From NCBI GenBank assembly GCA_043826435.1, contig JBDRQF010000002.1, positions 1 to 27,616 on the forward strand: a DNA stretch of 27,616 bases, read 5' to 3'. The translations under genes and the position numbers were made by a program. Below, piece after piece: positions 23,865-27,616 of the stretch. Under the pieces are notes generated by a model that was given only the letters and a program-made list of their open reading frames with translations, ran no database searches and was not told the origin of the DNA. The stretch comes from Elusimicrobiota bacterium (GTDB lineage Bacteria; Elusimicrobiota; Endomicrobiia; CG1-02-37-114; JAHJSO01). Within the stretch, counting starts at the first letter, position 1. Every line of letters starts with the position of its first letter.

Positions 23865-24650
23865 TTATTTTCTTAGTTTCTCTTCAATAAACGGCTTGTG
23901 GATAAAATCGCTCTTGTAAGTGCCCGTCAGCGAAAAGATACACAGGTTTATCGTAAGTTTCTGCGCCTCAAACCTCTGTTGTTCGCCGCCCGGCAGGCAT
24001 TCATAAAAATAATTGCCGAACCTGTCCCTCGCCCACGCCCCGAATATGTCGTTCTGGGAGTATATCAGAGCGGTCCTGCCTGCGATATCCATCCCCTCCA
24101 GAAAATTATTAATCATACACCTGCCGGCTAACCCTCTCAGGAGGTAAAACGACCTGAACAGCACGTGTTCTCTGGGTAACCGCGTAAGGCGCTTTTCCGG
24201 AAATATCTTCCGTATCTCTTCCCGTATCTCCCTGTTAAAACCGCTGACCCTGTTACCCGAGGAGTCCTCAATAAAAATTGACCCGCCTGAGTTCAGGAAT
24301 TTACGCAGGATATCCCTTTCCGCAGCGGTGAAACCGTCAAACCTGCCGTTGTTCAGCATAACTACGAAGGGCGAATAAAAAAGTTCTTCGTCCTTTATCC
24401 TGACGGTTCTCCTGTGGCCAAGGGACTCTATGCTTGTAGTAAGCGCAAGGAAACTGAGGATGTCCTGGTATATTGCCGGGTAAGGGTCCCAGTCGCCCGC
24501 GTATTGCAGTTGCGTAAATACAAACCTGTCCCTCTGCGCCGCGCCCGGCGACAAGACAGCCCCTGTGACGGCAAACACAAAAAGGACAAACACCGCGGCC
24601 GTCAGGCGTTTGCCAGTATGACCTCTATTATTGAAAACAGCAAAACGCAT
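23865..24650 (-). CDS. DUF4159 family protein
   Basis: QYAGDWDPYP, LRKFLNSGGSIFIED, HVLFRSFY and C-terminal LTGTYKSDFIHKPFI. Confidence 0.85.
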   Translation of the reverse strand: MRFAVFNNRGHTGKRLTAAVFVLFVFAVTGAVLSPGAAQRDRFVFTQLQYAGDWDPYPAIYQDILSFLALTTSIESLGHRRTVRIKDEELFYSPFVVMLNNGRFDGFTAAERDILRKFLNSGGSIFIEDSSGNRVSGFNREIREEIRKIFPEKRLTRLPREHVLFRSFYLLRGLAGRCMINNFLEGMDIAGRTALIYSQNDIFGAWARDRFGNYFYECLPGGEQQRFEAQKLTINLCIFSLTGTYKSDFIHKPFIEEKLRK

Positions 24651-26680
24651 AAGAGAAACTCCATCATGAGGGATTTTCCTTCCAGAACGTTCATGACCTC
24701 GTCCATAGTGTTCTTCCCGTAATTCAAAACGCTCACCGGCGTCCTGCCGAATATTTTCATTATTTCATCCGGCGGGTATTTCGCAAGGTCGCTTTCCTTA
24801 GATGCCCTGTCAAGGTTCACCGCGAAGTACCGCGTTATGGCGCCTGCATCCGTATTGAGTTTCATTTCATAAATGCCCGGTTCCTCTACGGGTTGCGTAA
24901 CGACCTTCCTAACATTGCCCGTCCCAACAACCTCTGTTTTTAGCCGGGCACCAGAAGGGGACGTAACCGCGCCTGAATAAAAACCCGCTACTGGAAAGTA
25001 TTCAATGCGGCTGCCGACCTTCAGTCCTGTAGCCGCCCTTTCGGTCGCCCTGGAAAGGAGGCACAACTGTGAGATAAAATAGGGGAAGAACGGCTTTGAA
25101 GGCATGTTGCACCAGTCCATATCCGCCGTAGAACCGAATATATAAACCTTTGTCCCGCCTGAATACTTCAGCAGGAGCAGCGGGGAACCGTCATCATGCC
25201 TTACTAACGTGGAGGCGTTTATTTCATTCAGCCGGAAGTATTTCCTGAACACGATTTTCCCCAGTTCAAATCTGTCCATTTCAGGGAAGGACTCTTCTGC
25301 AGGCCCGAAGTCCCCGATGACGGAATCTCTTTCCTGCAAAGTCCCTATATTCCCGGCGATAAAGGCAGGGTATTCGTCCACCCTCACCCTGTCGCCGGGG
25401 AAAATGATTATCGTATCACACATACGACTTAATGTTTCAAACGTCGCAGCGGGCAGGGCATCAAGGTTACACAATATTATCGTGTCGTATCTGCCGCTCC
25501 CACCTGTGCGCTGCAGGTCTTCAGTCCTGTTTACTTCAACGTAAAATCTTGACTTTTCATCCTCCTTCAGGGAGGTCTGCAAATAGTACGATTCGCTGTT
25601 TATCCCGTATATAAGTTTGGGGTCTCCGTCTATAACCAACACCCGCACGGGCGGCTCTGCGGTGTGGACGAACCAGTAGGCATCGTCTTCCGCCAGCCGG
25701 TCTATGTCTATTTTTAACACGCACGGCAGTTGTCTTATACCGTCGCCAGTCCCCGGGATGCTTGTGTTTATCTCCCTCTTCTGGCGGGAGTTCGCCTGCA
25801 CGACAACCCTGTCGTAATACACGCTTTTATTTTCAACGAACAGGCTAAGCCCGGTATTGGTCGCATCATCCGAATAATTTGAAATTTCAGCGATGGCCCC
25901 GAAAGCCCTGCCATTCACGTCCGCGCCCTCTATGCATAGGTTGCCGGCTGCAGGTCCTATGTTTATAAAAACAATCCTGACATCGCCCCCGACATCGCCG
26001 GGCAGGAAAGACATCCTTTCAGCGCCCGGCATGAACATGTTTTTCGCCATATCCGAAACGATAAAAATAAACCTTTCACTGTCCGGGTCATCCGAAACAA
26101 GTCGGTGTGCCAGTTCCATTGCAGGGATAACGTTGGTAGCGAAAAAACCCGGCTGCAGTTCCTTGACGAAACTTTCAATCTGGCTGAAATCGGCGGACGG
26201 GCCCGTATATTTATCTATTTTGTCGGAAAACTGAATCACCGAGACCTTCCTGTCAATAACCTTCTGCCCCCTATGCCCGCCCCGTAGATTTTTCCGTGCA
26301 ATTTCAAGCACAATCTCTTTTGCAATGTCAAACCTCCGCCTGCCTGATTCCATAAACCTCATTGAGTAAGAGCCGTCTATAAGGACGGCAATCTGCTTGT
26401 TCGCCTCTCTGTGACTGAAACCCCCGAAATATCCGGACGGCTTTGCAAAATACAGGCACAGGAGCAATAATATCAGGCAGCGGGTAATTAAGAGGAGTAT
26501 CTGGTAAAGGTTTTTTTTTGGCGTCACCCTGCGGGACGAAAGTTTAATAAATCTCAAATCGCTGAACAGGACGTTCTTGGGTTTCCGTCTGAAAAACAGG
26601 TGCAGGATTACTGGAGTAAGCGACAGCGGCAATAACCATAATACGGCAGGGTTTAAAAAGGCGAGGTGCATTTTAATCAA
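24602..26680 (-). CDS. BatA N-terminal + VWA domain membrane protein (692 aa)
   Basis: BatA-type start FLNPAVLWLL...PVILHLFFRR...FSDLRFI...LLLITRCL...FAKP; MIDAS LIDGSYSM...TN...VSD; VRVLVIDG; EPGIYE...FAVN...ESDL; C-terminal TM. Confidence 0.85.
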   Translation of the reverse strand: MIKMHLAFLNPAVLWLLPLSLTPVILHLFFRRKPKNVLFSDLRFIKLSSRRVTPKKNLYQILLLITRCLILLLLCLYFAKPSGYFGGFSHREANKQIAVLIDGSYSMRFMESGRRRFDIAKEIVLEIARKNLRGGHRGQKVIDRKVSVIQFSDKIDKYTGPSADFSQIESFVKELQPGFFATNVIPAMELAHRLVSDDPDSERFIFIVSDMAKNMFMPGAERMSFLPGDVGGDVRIVFINIGPAAGNLCIEGADVNGRAFGAIAEISNYSDDATNTGLSLFVENKSVYYDRVVVQANSRQKREINTSIPGTGDGIRQLPCVLKIDIDRLAEDDAYWFVHTAEPPVRVLVIDGDPKLIYGINSESYYLQTSLKEDEKSRFYVEVNRTEDLQRTGGSGRYDTIILCNLDALPAATFETLSRMCDTIIIFPGDRVRVDEYPAFIAGNIGTLQERDSVIGDFGPAEESFPEMDRFELGKIVFRKYFRLNEINASTLVRHDDGSPLLLLKYSGGTKVYIFGSTADMDWCNMPSKPFFPYFISQLCLLSRATERAATGLKVGSRIEYFPVAGFYSGAVTSPSGARLKTEVVGTGNVRKVVTQPVEEPGIYEMKLNTDAGAITRYFAVNLDRASKESDLAKYPPDEIMKIFGRTPVSVLNYGKNTMDEVMNVLEGKSLMMEFLLCVLLFSIIEVILANA

Positions 26681-27582
26681 GACCTGTTGGAATACAGGAA
26701 CGTGCCTAATCCTAACTCAATCGGGGTATCGGTCGTAAGCAGGCAGTAGTCAATCCCTGATTTGTGAAAACTAACCTTATACTCGTTTATAAACCTGTTG
26801 AAATTTATCTTGTATTCTTCCTTTATATCGTCCACCTCAGTATGTATTTTTTCACCGGCGGACTCCAGGGATTCAAAAATAACCGGTCCCGAATATCCTA
26901 ATTCCCTTTCTGCAGGGTCAATTATCTGAAAGACGATTACGTCGTGGTGTTTGTACCTCAGGAGTTTTATTGACCGCATAACGTTTTCAGGCGAGTCCAT
27001 CAGGTCGGAAACGAACACAACGAGCCCCCTCTTCTTCAGAAACTTGCTGAATTCAAGAATAACCCGGCTGAGGTCGGTTTTATTGCCGGGGGCAGTGTTT
27101 TCAAGCGTGGACACAACCGACGAGAACTGTTTAATCTGCGACCTGGGCGGTATAAATCGCCTGACCGTGTCGTCAAACATCAGCAGTCCGACAGAGTCCT
27201 CCTGGTGGAGCAGCAGGTATGCAAGTGTCGCAACGAGAATTCTCGCATACTCAAGTTTGTTCGGGCGTTCAGGAAAACCGGCACGGTGCGGCGGGACATA
27301 ATTCATTGATTTTGAAATATCCATCAGGATGTATGCCCGCAGGTTTGTTTCTTCCTCGTACTGTTTTATGAAGAACTTATCCGTCCTGCCGAAAACCTTC
27401 CAGTCAATGTGCCTGATCTCATCGCCGTAGGCGTACTCCCTGTGCTGCGTAAACTCAATAGAATGCCCTCTGCAACGGCTCCGATGCAACCCGGAGACCA
27501 TCCCCTCAACGACGTATTTCGCCCTTAGCGCTAGGGATGACAATTTCAGCAGGTTTGTCGTCTCCAGATATTTCAGTGACAT
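26677..27582 (-). CDS. DUF58 family (VWA-like, MoxR-associated) protein
   Basis: GLHRS...GHSIEFTQHREYAYGDEIRHIDWKVFGRTDK...KQYEEETN...DISKSM and VVFVSDL. Confidence 0.95.
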   Translation of the reverse strand: MSLKYLETTNLLKLSSLALRAKYVVEGMVSGLHRSRCRGHSIEFTQHREYAYGDEIRHIDWKVFGRTDKFFIKQYEEETNLRAYILMDISKSMNYVPPHRAGFPERPNKLEYARILVATLAYLLLHQEDSVGLLMFDDTVRRFIPPRSQIKQFSSVVSTLENTAPGNKTDLSRVILEFSKFLKKRGLVVFVSDLMDSPENVMRSIKLLRYKHHDVIVFQIIDPAERELGYSGPVIFESLESAGEKIHTEVDDIKEEYKINFNRFINEYKVSFHKSGIDYCLLTTDTPIELGLGTFLYSNRS

Positions 27583-27601
27583 GTTTCAGTATCCCCGTGG
27601 T

Positions 27602-27616
27602 TGTCATTGCGAGGAG
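27602..27616. repeat. Start of another family A palindromic element, cut by the window edge
   Basis: TGTCATTGCGAGGAG; the first 12 nt are identical to 12150-12161. Confidence 0.75.

Noticed and set aside
26511..26519. A9 tract near the 5' end of the BatA-VWA gene
   Set aside because: The frame is intact and poly-A runs are common in Lys codons here; there is no evidence of variation.
75..27301. All plus-strand ORFs and the short nested minus-strand ORFs in the track
   Set aside because: They overlap well-supported minus-strand genes, show no recognisable motifs and look like antisense or alternate-frame shadows. Those at 12069-12445 and 16229-16414 partly translate the palindromic element.

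Overview
Bacterial window in which every credible gene is on the minus strand. It has two compositionally different halves. Right half (~7.1-27.6 kb, ~50% GC in a sample line counted by eye), read in transcription order: a MoxR-type VWA cluster (DUF58, BatA/VWA protein, DUF4159, VWA+GATase-like protein), then a five-gene glycosyltransferase block (three tandem DUF2723/TMEM260-like GT-C proteins with C-terminal TPRs, one ArnT/PMT-like GT-C, one MGDG-synthase/UgtP-like GT28), then a DUF4175 protein and a TPR gluzincin peptidase. The glycosyltransferase block is bracketed by two complete copies of a small palindromic element. Copies of this element and of a second short repeat also sit in frame inside one TMEM260-like gene. 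Left half (1-~7.1 kb, AT-rich, low 30s % GC in a sample line): an island with its own sigma70-like promoter. It encodes three LPP20-like exported proteins, a membrane FHA-domain protein, a cryptic Ser/Thr kinase fragment, an internally deleted AAA_14/DUF4143 ATPase and an FGE/SUMF1-domain exported protein that runs off the left edge. The kinase fragment and the FGE gene are missing from the ORF track. All family calls come from motif recognition by eye; no searches were run. No rRNA, tRNA, CRISPR array or transposase was seen.
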